NCBI GenBank assembly: GCA_964490075.1
Contig: CAZBBK010000004.1
Coordinates: forward strand, 62,001 to 126,000
Origin: an uncultured Gemmatimonadota bacterium
GTDB taxonomy: Bacteria > GCA-2686955
Reading direction: 5' to 3'
DNA length: 64,000 nt
Shown here one piece after another: positions 46,638-54,466 of the stretch. The first letter of the stretch is position 1. Each line of letters opens with the position of its first letter. Both the position numbers and the translations under genes were made by a program. The notes under the pieces were generated by a model. That model was not told the DNA's origin. It saw only the letters and a program-made list of their open reading frames with translations, and ran no database searches.

Positions 46638-48739
46638 AAGTCGACCTGGAGCTCACCGACGTCGCAGAAGAGCGGCAGCGAGGGATCGAGCCCCTCCATC
46701 AGGATCCGTTCGCTGCTCAGCTCCCGGTGATCGTCGAAAGGCTCGATCTCGAGCTCGTAGAGCGTGCCCGTAGTCCGGTCGGCCAGCTCGGGGAGGCGCC
46801 GGCCGTCGAGGATGGTCCAGTGGGCGACCAGGATGCGCTCGGCGTCGAGCTGCGGCTGGTCGGCCGGATCGACCTGGTAGACGAAAACCGCCAGCGCCCG
46901 CCGGTAGGGCGCCAGGGTGCCGGGATCGGGGGTCGAGCTGCGCCGCAGCAGGCGGCCTCGTAGCTGGTAGCGCGCCGTTCCTTTGCGACGATAGAGATGG
47001 CTGGAGTAGAGGTCGTGCTGCCAGGCGATCTCGGACTCGCCGAGGGCGCGGGAGTAGATCGCCACCCCTTCGATCGATCCCGCCCAGTCGGAGCCGCCGC
47101 CCGGCAGGTCGCCGAAGCGCAGGGGGACGGGGGTCCAGGAGCGGGGATCGGCCGCGGCGCTGGTGGCGACCGATTGTGGCGAGCCGTCACGGAAGGCGCG
47201 GATCTCGCCCGCGGAGATCGACAAGGCCAGGTGCGTTTGACGCGCGGCGGGCAGGTCGAAGAGGCGGATGCGAGGCAGGTCTCGCGCTTCTGGCGCCGCG
47301 CCTTGCAGCTCCAGGTAGAGCACGCCCTGTTCTTGCAGCAGGCGCAACGGGGCCGCGGCGGCGCCGTCGGAGAGAGCGAGCAGGGTCGCGGCGCCTTCGT
47401 GGGGCCGGGGCCCGGGCGTGACCAGAGCTTCGATCGCGAGCTCCCCGCTGCGCCGACTGGCCGTGACCAGCCGCTCGCCGGCCCCGGGCGCGAGGCAGGA
47501 TCCGCCGCCCAGCACCATGACTCCGAAGCGGCCCCAGCGCGCGCGCCCCTCGGGCTCGACGCGGCAGGAGCGGCGCGGTTCTCCCGGGAGGGCGTCCAGC
47601 TGGTTGGCGGCGAGCGAGCCGCGCCAGATGAACTCGAGCCCGCTCCGATCGCCGGGCCAGCGCGTGCCGGGCTCCCGGGCGGCGTCGCGCGGCGCCGGAT
47701 CGGGCGCGGGGGCGGCCACCCGGGCGGGAATGCGCGCGCTCGCGCCGCCGGCGACCCAGACGTCCGGCCAGAAGTCGCCGAGGTCGTTGCGAGATACCCG
47801 TGCCCAGGTCTCGATCCGGTCGTAGGCGGGGGCGAAGCGGCCCAGATAGATCTCCACCTGGGGACCGCCCTTGAAGAGCTTGATCTCGTCGTCGCCCAGG
47901 GTGTAGGGAGCGCTGATCGCCAGGTGGCGGACGTGATTGCTCCACCGGGGATGGTAGATCTCGAGCCCCTCGACCCCGGGGGCGCCGCTCAGGTCGACCG
48001 GCCACGAGTCGCGGCTGCCTTCGCGCAGCAGGTGGATGCCGCGATGGGGACCGTCGAAAGCCCAGAAGAGGTGGCTGCCGTCGGGGGCGATGTCGGGCCA
48101 GCAGCCGAGCCGGTAGCGATGCCAGCGCGGCTCGCTCAAATCGAGCAGTCCGGTATCGGGCCACCGGCAGGTGGCTGCGGCCCGCTGCCCGTCGCCGGAG
48201 ACGCTGAGCCAGCCCCAGGTGATCTCGATCCCCTCCCAGACGAGCTCCGAGCGGGCCGGATCGTCGAGGTCACGGCGCCGGCATGGCAGGGTCTCCTGGT
48301 CGCCGAAGCGCTCGACCGTGTAGACCCATTCGATGCCGCTCGCCGCGTCGCGCCAGAGGTCGACCGCGAAGCCCTCGCAGACCTTGCGCCGCCCCGATCC
48401 CTCCCAGTCGACCACCCACACCGAGCGATCGAGGCGGTCGGAGTAGACCACCCGCGCGCCATCGGCGGTGAGCATCGGCTTGGTGTAGTTCGACACCTCC
48501 GGCAGCAGAGCGCGCTCGCCGCGCCGATCGTCGCTGTCGAGGCCGACCAGGCGCAGCTCCGAGCGCTCCGACAAGGGGTCGGAGTCGGGGCCGGCATCCT
48601 GGACCCAGACGACGCGGGTGTGGGCACCGGTGAGGGCGCGGAGGGCGTCCGGGGCGCCGGGGGGATCGGCGGGGCCGCAGCCGATCGGCGCGAGCAGAGC
48701 GATGCCGGGCCCGAAGGTCCGCGTCATGAAGCGCGTCAT
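46634..48739 (-). CDS. Exported protein: TolB-like propeller + LamG-like domain + C-terminal beta domain
   Basis: PIGC possible lipobox; PMLTADG, PDIAPDG, HPRWSN; AIEALVTP...WAGSIEGVAIYSRAL; ATGA overlap with upstream gene. Confidence 0.7.
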   Translation of the reverse strand: MTRFMTRTFGPGIALLAPIGCGPADPPGAPDALRALTGAHTRVVWVQDAGPDSDPLSERSELRLVGLDSDDRRGERALLPEVSNYTKPMLTADGARVVYSDRLDRSVWVVDWEGSGRRKVCEGFAVDLWRDAASGIEWVYTVERFGDQETLPCRRRDLDDPARSELVWEGIEITWGWLSVSGDGQRAAATCRWPDTGLLDLSEPRWHRYRLGCWPDIAPDGSHLFWAFDGPHRGIHLLREGSRDSWPVDLSGAPGVEGLEIYHPRWSNHVRHLAISAPYTLGDDEIKLFKGGPQVEIYLGRFAPAYDRIETWARVSRNDLGDFWPDVWVAGGASARIPARVAAPAPDPAPRDAAREPGTRWPGDRSGLEFIWRGSLAANQLDALPGEPRRSCRVEPEGRARWGRFGVMVLGGGSCLAPGAGERLVTASRRSGELAIEALVTPGPRPHEGAATLLALSDGAAAAPLRLLQEQGVLYLELQGAAPEARDLPRIRLFDLPAARQTHLALSISAGEIRAFRDGSPQSVATSAAADPRSWTPVPLRFGDLPGGGSDWAGSIEGVAIYSRALGESEIAWQHDLYSSHLYRRKGTARYQLRGRLLRRSSTPDPGTLAPYRRALAVFVYQVDPADQPQLDAERILVAHWTILDGRRLPELADRTTGTLYELEIEPFDDHRELSSERILMEGLDPSLPLFCDVGELQVDF

Positions 48740-51417
48740 GGCAGCACCTCGATCGACTGCCAGCCGTCGAAGCTCTCGCTGAAGGCGGCGGCGCTGAAGA
48801 GCCAGATTACGCAGCGCTTGCCGCGCAGCCGTTCGGGGTGACGGGCAAGGGTGACGCGCGGCGCGTTGACGCCCGACCCGAGCACGGCGATCAGGTCGAC
48901 CGGGTGACCGAGCTGGAAGGCGAGGTGATCCGGCAGGCCGGCGCTGGCGGCGTGCATCTCGCCCCCGGCGTGGAACACCAGGCCGTGGCTGTCGGCCAGC
49001 ACCAGCAGCGGGCTCTGCTCGCTGGGCGCGACCGGCTCCAGGCGCTCGCCGCGGCGCCGGCCCACGAACCAGAGGCGCAGCCGCTCGGACCCGAGGTCGC
49101 CGTCGATCCCGCGCGCCAGGTCGCCCTCGATCTCGACCAGGCCCTCCTCCACGGCGAGCTGCTCGGGCTCGATCTCGGCCAGCCAGCGCCGGTCTTGCAG
49201 CTCCTCGGCGATGCGCCGGGCCGCGATCCGGGCGGCCGCGCCGGACCAATGGGAATCCTGTCGGCAGTAGAGCTCGCCCCCCGCCGCGCGCGCCTCGCGG
49301 AAGGCCGGGACCAGGTCGAGGACCTCCACGCCGCGGGTGCGCAGCGCGGCGTAGAAGGCCTGGTGGTGGGGATCGAGGCGCGGCGCCTGGGCCGGCAGCG
49401 AATCGGCGGGGGCGGCCAGAGCCGCGCCGGGAAAAAGGATCGACTTGGGCGGCACCGGAACCAAGAGCAGCTCGATGCCGGCGCCGGCGAGCTGGCGCTG
49501 GAAGTCGACGATCACCGGCAAGGGATCGGCGCCGGCGGCCGCGGCGCCCCAGAAGGGTCCGGCGCCGAGATGACGCAGCTCGCTGGTGAGGAAGAGCCAG
49601 TCCTCGCTCCCCCGTACTACGCTCGCTCCGCGCTCCGTGGCGTCGGCCGCACGCCGGCCCAGCGTCGCCAGGAAGGGCCGGGCGGCGGCGTCCGATGGCG
49701 CCGCGGGCGGCACGCGCGCCGACTCGGACAGGGCGGCGGAGAGGGGCGCGCTGCTCGGCTCCTCGGCCCAGTAGGGAGTCAGGCGCCGCGACTCGGGATC
49801 GTCGAGCTCGACGCGGCGGTGCCGGCCGAGACGCGGCTCGAGCTGCTGCCAGGGAGTCAGCCGCAGCCGCACTCGCTCTCCGGCCCGGTAGGCGGCGGCC
49901 GCGGTGGAACGGTGGTCGCGCAGCCCCCAGAGGTAGACCACCAGCTCGGTGTCGGGAAGCGCGCCGGCCTCGACGCGAAGGGAATCGAGATGGACCGAAA
50001 TGACGCAGTCGGGATAGGGCGTCGAGCCGGGCGGCGGCGCGCCCGAGGTTGCGGCGATCCGGCCGCTGACGGTGATCGATGCGTCCCCGGCAACCGGTCC
50101 GCCACCGGGCGCGGATAACGCGCCCGGGCGCGGCGCCGCGGCCCCCAGATCGACCGGGCGCCAATCGCCCCAGCTCAGCTCGCGCATCGCGAACTGGTAG
50201 ATCACCACACCCTTGCCCGCCAGCCGATCGTCGCCGCGCGCGGCTGCGTCGGCCAGGGCGCGGCGGGTCGCCAGGGCGCCGCCGGCGTTGCGGCGGATGG
50301 CATCAAGGGGCCGGCCCAGCGCGACGCTGAGCTGCTCCACGAAACCGGCCGCCTCGCCCCAGCCCAGCTCGGCCTGGGAGTAGATGTTGCTGTAGCTGTC
50401 GCCGAGCACCAGCACCTCGGCCTCCCGCTCGGGACGCCAGGGCTCTCCCCCGGCGGCGACCACGGGGCGGATGTCGACCCGCTCCCGGAGCGCGTCCTGG
50501 CGAGAGCGCGGCAGGCCCAACATCGTCGCCACGTCTCCGGTGTTGGCGACCCGGCGGATCGCCGCGGCCCGAACCGGAGCGGCGAGTTGGCTCGGCGGCA
50601 GGGCATCGCCCAGAAAGTCGGCCAGCGCCCGGGCCGCGGCCTCGGCTCCACGCGGCGTCCAGTGGCTGTCGGTGGCGAGAAAGGCATCCTCGCCGCCGCG
50701 CCTGAGCTCCCAGAGCGCCTCGCTGGGGTCGAAGAGCCGCACCCCCACGGCCTCGAGACGGTCGGCGAAGAGCGCGAAGGAGGGGTTGTAGAGCGGAGCG
50801 GCGACCGCTTCGCAGCGGCGCGACCAGCGCTCCGGGTGGATCGCTGCCTTGGGCGGCACCGGCACCAGCACCAGCTCGATGCCGCGGCTCGCGAGCTGGT
50901 CGCGGAAGTCGACGATCGCCGGCAGCGGATCGGGCTCAGGCGGACGCTCCGAGACGGCGGTGTCACGCACCCGGCGAGCCAGCGCCCGCCCCTCCAGGAA
51001 CCCGGGAGCGCCGACGTGGATGAGCGCCGGCCCATAGAAGAGCCAGCCCTCGCGGCCGATGCGCGCCGTCTCGCCGCCGATGCCCAGACCGAAGGCCAGA
51101 GCGCTCTGCAGCCGCGGCCGGAGGGCGCCGGGCAGCACGGACTCCTGCTCAAGGGCGCGCTCGTAGGCGAGCAGCTCGGGAGCACGGGGAAGCAGATCGC
51201 CCAGGTCACCGATGCCGCGCAGGGCGGCCAGCTCGCGCGGCCCCGGCAGCATCCGCAGAAGCTCGTAGCAGCGCGGCAGCCGCCCGTCCCGCAGCTCCAC
51301 CCAATGCTGCACGGCCGGCACCGAGAGCAAGGTGGCGGCGCACAGGCCGACCAGCCAGCGGGACGCGCCGCGGCCAGAGGAGCCGGGTCCGGTTTCGGGA
51401 AGGTCGGTCGGCGACAT
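48736..51417 (-). CDS. Tandem AlgJ/AlgX-like SGNH O-acetyltransferase
   Basis: Two copies of GxxxWLF / LVPVPPK / DSHW / (G,A)DS motifs separated by a linker domain. Confidence 0.88.
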   Translation of the reverse strand: MSPTDLPETGPGSSGRGASRWLVGLCAATLLSVPAVQHWVELRDGRLPRCYELLRMLPGPRELAALRGIGDLGDLLPRAPELLAYERALEQESVLPGALRPRLQSALAFGLGIGGETARIGREGWLFYGPALIHVGAPGFLEGRALARRVRDTAVSERPPEPDPLPAIVDFRDQLASRGIELVLVPVPPKAAIHPERWSRRCEAVAAPLYNPSFALFADRLEAVGVRLFDPSEALWELRRGGEDAFLATDSHWTPRGAEAAARALADFLGDALPPSQLAAPVRAAAIRRVANTGDVATMLGLPRSRQDALRERVDIRPVVAAGGEPWRPEREAEVLVLGDSYSNIYSQAELGWGEAAGFVEQLSVALGRPLDAIRRNAGGALATRRALADAAARGDDRLAGKGVVIYQFAMRELSWGDWRPVDLGAAAPRPGALSAPGGGPVAGDASITVSGRIAATSGAPPPGSTPYPDCVISVHLDSLRVEAGALPDTELVVYLWGLRDHRSTAAAAYRAGERVRLRLTPWQQLEPRLGRHRRVELDDPESRRLTPYWAEEPSSAPLSAALSESARVPPAAPSDAAARPFLATLGRRAADATERGASVVRGSEDWLFLTSELRHLGAGPFWGAAAAGADPLPVIVDFQRQLAGAGIELLLVPVPPKSILFPGAALAAPADSLPAQAPRLDPHHQAFYAALRTRGVEVLDLVPAFREARAAGGELYCRQDSHWSGAAARIAARRIAEELQDRRWLAEIEPEQLAVEEGLVEIEGDLARGIDGDLGSERLRLWFVGRRRGERLEPVAPSEQSPLLVLADSHGLVFHAGGEMHAASAGLPDHLAFQLGHPVDLIAVLGSGVNAPRVTLARHPERLRGKRCVIWLFSAAAFSESFDGWQSIEVLP

Positions 51418-52979
51418 CAGAACACGAAGTAGATAAATGGGTTGTGAGCCTGCGTCATGAGCACGCCCAGAGAGAGCCAGAGCAGCAGCGCGGCCGCGGC
51501 AACCTTCGGCCAGCTAAGTGGCCCACTCCGCAAATACGGTGGCATTGGGCCGCCGCTGCATCCACGCTGGCGGCGCAGCGGCGCCCTCGGTGCGTCACCG
51601 TATTTGCGGAGTGGGCCACCAAGGCCGTGGCACCATTGCCAGCTGTTCGGGCAGCCCCAGACGATGGCGGCCGAGATGGCCAGCACGGCGATCGAATGGG
51701 GCCGGTAGAGCGTCCCGCCGACCAGAGCGGCCGCGTCGTGGACCGTCCCCAGGCCGACCAGTCGAGCGCTGAGGCGGAACGCCGATTCGAGATCGGGGGA
51801 GCGGAAGAAGGGCCAGGTGAACTGCAGGATGACGAAGGTCGCCGCCACCTGGAGCGGCGCCGGCAGGCGCTGGTAGAAGGTGCGGCGACCCAGCGCCCGC
51901 TCGATCATCAAGAGCAGCGCGTGGATCGCGCCCCACACCACGAAGCGCCATGACGCGCCGTGCCAGAGTCCGCAGAGCAACATGACGCTGGCCAGATTGG
52001 CCAGAGTGCGCCCGCCGCCGCGCCGGTTGCCGCCCAGGGGGATGTAGAGGTAGTCGCGCAGCCAGGTCGAGAGCGAGATATGCCAGCGGCGCCAGAACTC
52101 GGTGAACGATTTCGACTTGAGAGGCGAGTCGAAGTTGATTGGATAGGCGAAGCCGAATACCAGGCCGAGCCCGATCGCCATGTCGGAATAGCCGCTGAAA
52201 TCGAAGTAGACCTGAAAGGCGTAGGCCGCGGTCCCGACCCAGGCGTCGAGAGTGTGGACCGAACCGGCGTCGAAGACCGCGTCGGCGATGCTGCCGCAAG
52301 GGTTGGCGAGCAGCACCTTCTTGGCCATGCCGAGACAGAAGAAGAGCGCTCCGCGGGCCGCCATCTCGATGCCGTGGGTGCGCCGGTGGAGGGCCTCGGC
52401 CACCTGGTGGAAGCGCACGATGGGGCCGGCCACGAGCTGCGGGAACATCGACACGTAGCAGGCGAAGTCGATGAAGCCGCCGACCGGGCGCGCCCGGCCG
52501 CGGTAGACGTCGATGGTGTAGCTCATCGACTGGAAGGTGTAGAAGCTGATGCCCAGGGGCAGCGCCACGCGCAGGGTGGTGTGCCACTGCAAGGGGTCGA
52601 GCCCGGCCTGATGGAGCAGGCCGTTGTAGCTGTCGAGGGCGAAGTGGAAGTACTTGAAGAAGCCGAGCAGGCTCAGGTTGCAGAGCACCGAGACCAGCAC
52701 CGCGAGACGCTGGCCGCGGCGGCGCGGAGCTCCCTCGGGCAGAGCCAGCCGGCGGCCGTCCGTTCCGCGCGGAGCGCGCCGCGCGATGAGCGCGCCGCAG
52801 CCGTAGTCGACCACCGTCGACGCCAGCATCAGCACCACATAACGCGGGTTGGCCCAGCCGTAGAAGAGGTAGCTGAGCAGAGCCAGGCCGAGGTTCTTGG
52901 CGCGCCTCGGCAGAGCGAAGTAGATAAGCAGCGCGGCCGGCAAGAAGTAGTAGACGAAGAGATGGCTGGAGAAGACCAT
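51417..52979 (-). CDS. algI: MBOAT O-acyltransferase, AlgI-like (second copy, with in-frame insertion)
   Basis: MVFSSHLF, LPLGISFYTFQ, YFDFSGYSDMA, FWRRWHISL, GLWHGA, PFIYFVF. Confidence 0.93.
   Translation of the reverse strand: MVFSSHLFVYYFLPAALLIYFALPRRAKNLGLALLSYLFYGWANPRYVVLMLASTVVDYGCGALIARRAPRGTDGRRLALPEGAPRRRGQRLAVLVSVLCNLSLLGFFKYFHFALDSYNGLLHQAGLDPLQWHTTLRVALPLGISFYTFQSMSYTIDVYRGRARPVGGFIDFACYVSMFPQLVAGPIVRFHQVAEALHRRTHGIEMAARGALFFCLGMAKKVLLANPCGSIADAVFDAGSVHTLDAWVGTAAYAFQVYFDFSGYSDMAIGLGLVFGFAYPINFDSPLKSKSFTEFWRRWHISLSTWLRDYLYIPLGGNRRGGGRTLANLASVMLLCGLWHGASWRFVVWGAIHALLLMIERALGRRTFYQRLPAPLQVAATFVILQFTWPFFRSPDLESAFRLSARLVGLGTVHDAAALVGGTLYRPHSIAVLAISAAIVWGCPNSWQWCHGLGGPLRKYGDAPRAPLRRQRGCSGGPMPPYLRSGPLSWPKVAAAALLLWLSLGVLMTQAHNPFIYFVF
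51518..51619. mobile_element. MITE-like palindromic element inserted in frame in the MBOAT gene
   Basis: Perfect 24-bp terminal inverted repeats GTGGCCCACTCCGCAAATACGGTG (51518-51541 / 51596-51619), inner GCCGCTGC/GCAGCGGC stem. Confidence 0.7.
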
Positions 52980-54466
52980 CAGCGCAGGTACCCCAGCGCC
53001 CGCAGCTCGGCCAGCGCGTGCTCGTCCAGCCGATCTTCCGGCAGCACCGGGTAGAGATCGAAGCGCTCGCGATGGTCGGCGCAGCGCCTGCGCCAGGTGT
53101 CGATCTCGTCGCCGGCACGAGCGGCGAAGGCGCGGCCGGCCGCGGTGGCGGCGATGTCGTGCCGCTCGTGCGGATCGCGCTCCAGGTCGAACACCTCGGT
53201 CGCGCGGCCGGCCGCGGGGTGCAGAACCGCCTTCAGGCCGTCCCGCGAGACGCTGAGCTGGCGATGCGGCGCCCAGGGCAGCAGGGTCTCGCCGAAGATC
53301 GGCCGGCGCGGCGGCGGATCGGCGCCGGCGTCGAGCTCTATGACGCGCCCCTGGGCCGCCGACGGCACCTCCAGTCCCAGCGCCGCCAGGATGGTCGGCA
53401 TCAGGTCGAGCAGATCGACCGGCTCCGGGCGCCGGCCGGCCGCCGCGCCCCCCGGCAGGCGCAGCAGCAAGGGGATGCGCAGGGTGCTCTGGTAGACCTG
53501 CTTGTGGAAGAGCTGGCCGTGCTCGGCGAACTCCTCGCCGTGGTCCGAGGTCACGATCACCAACGTGGAGTCGAGCAGGCCGGTTTCGCGCAGGTCGCCG
53601 AGCAGCTTGGCGAAGGCCTCGTCCACCAGGGCGATCTCCGCGTCGTAGAGACCGGCCAGGTAGGCGGCGTCCGCGTCATCGATCTTCGGCGTGGGCCAGT
53701 CGTCGTCGTCGAAGAGGTGGGGACGGAAGAAGCGCTCTTGCAGCTCCACCAGCGGGTTCTCGAGGTCGTGGGGATCGTTGTCGGCGAGGAAGGCGCGGGC
53801 CTCGGCGAGCGCGTCATGGAGCCCGCCCCGGTAGTCGCCGACGAAGGGCTCTTCGTAGCCGCGCTCCGGCAGGTACGGGGTATGGACTTGGTAGGTGTGC
53901 AGGAAGAGGAAGAAGGGGCGGGCGCGGTCGCGGCGGCGCAGCCAGTCGCGGGCGGCGGCGACCCGGTCGCGCACCCCGCAGTAGCGCGAGTCGAAATGGT
54001 CGAAGCCCTGATCGAGACCGCGCCCGCGCTGGATCCAGCCGCCGTCGGCGACCGCCGCGGTCTGGTAGCCGGCGGCGCGCAAGAGCTCGGCCAGGGTGAG
54101 GGCCTCGGGGGCCAGGGCCGGGTAGGCGGTGCTGCCGTCGGCGAGCCGCAGCTCGTTCCAGACCCCGTGGCTGGCCGGGTAGGTGGAGGTGAAGAGGCTG
54201 GCGTGGGAGGCGGCGGTGCGCGGTGCCGGGGCGTGGGCGCGGTCGAATACGATCGCTTCGGTGGCCAGCGCGTCGAGGTGCGGGGAGGTGTCGAAGGGGT
54301 GGCCGTAGCAGCCCAGATGATCGGCGCGCAGGGTGTCGACCACCACCAGCAGCACGTTCCAGCGCGGCGGTGGGCCGCTCTGACAGGCGGCGACGCCGAG
54401 CGCCAGGGCCAGCGCGATCGGCCAGGGGTAGCGCGCGGAGCCCCCTCGCGGCGGGTCAGTCCACAT
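52979..54466 (-). CDS. Sulfatase-like hydrolase/transferase, probable lipoprotein
   Basis: VAAC lipobox, VDTLRADH, TAASHASLFT, HTYQVH, TSDHGE, LRALGYL. Confidence 0.9.
   Translation of the reverse strand: MWTDPPRGGSARYPWPIALALALGVAACQSGPPPRWNVLLVVVDTLRADHLGCYGHPFDTSPHLDALATEAIVFDRAHAPAPRTAASHASLFTSTYPASHGVWNELRLADGSTAYPALAPEALTLAELLRAAGYQTAAVADGGWIQRGRGLDQGFDHFDSRYCGVRDRVAAARDWLRRRDRARPFFLFLHTYQVHTPYLPERGYEEPFVGDYRGGLHDALAEARAFLADNDPHDLENPLVELQERFFRPHLFDDDDWPTPKIDDADAAYLAGLYDAEIALVDEAFAKLLGDLRETGLLDSTLVIVTSDHGEEFAEHGQLFHKQVYQSTLRIPLLLRLPGGAAAGRRPEPVDLLDLMPTILAALGLEVPSAAQGRVIELDAGADPPPRRPIFGETLLPWAPHRQLSVSRDGLKAVLHPAAGRATEVFDLERDPHERHDIAATAAGRAFAARAGDEIDTWRRRCADHRERFDLYPVLPEDRLDEHALAELRALGYLR

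Noticed and set aside
48740-50164. Long N-terminal extension of the 1176-aa ORF
   Set aside because: Overlaps the tandem-SGNH gene in another frame; the real start at 48739 forms an ATGA overlap
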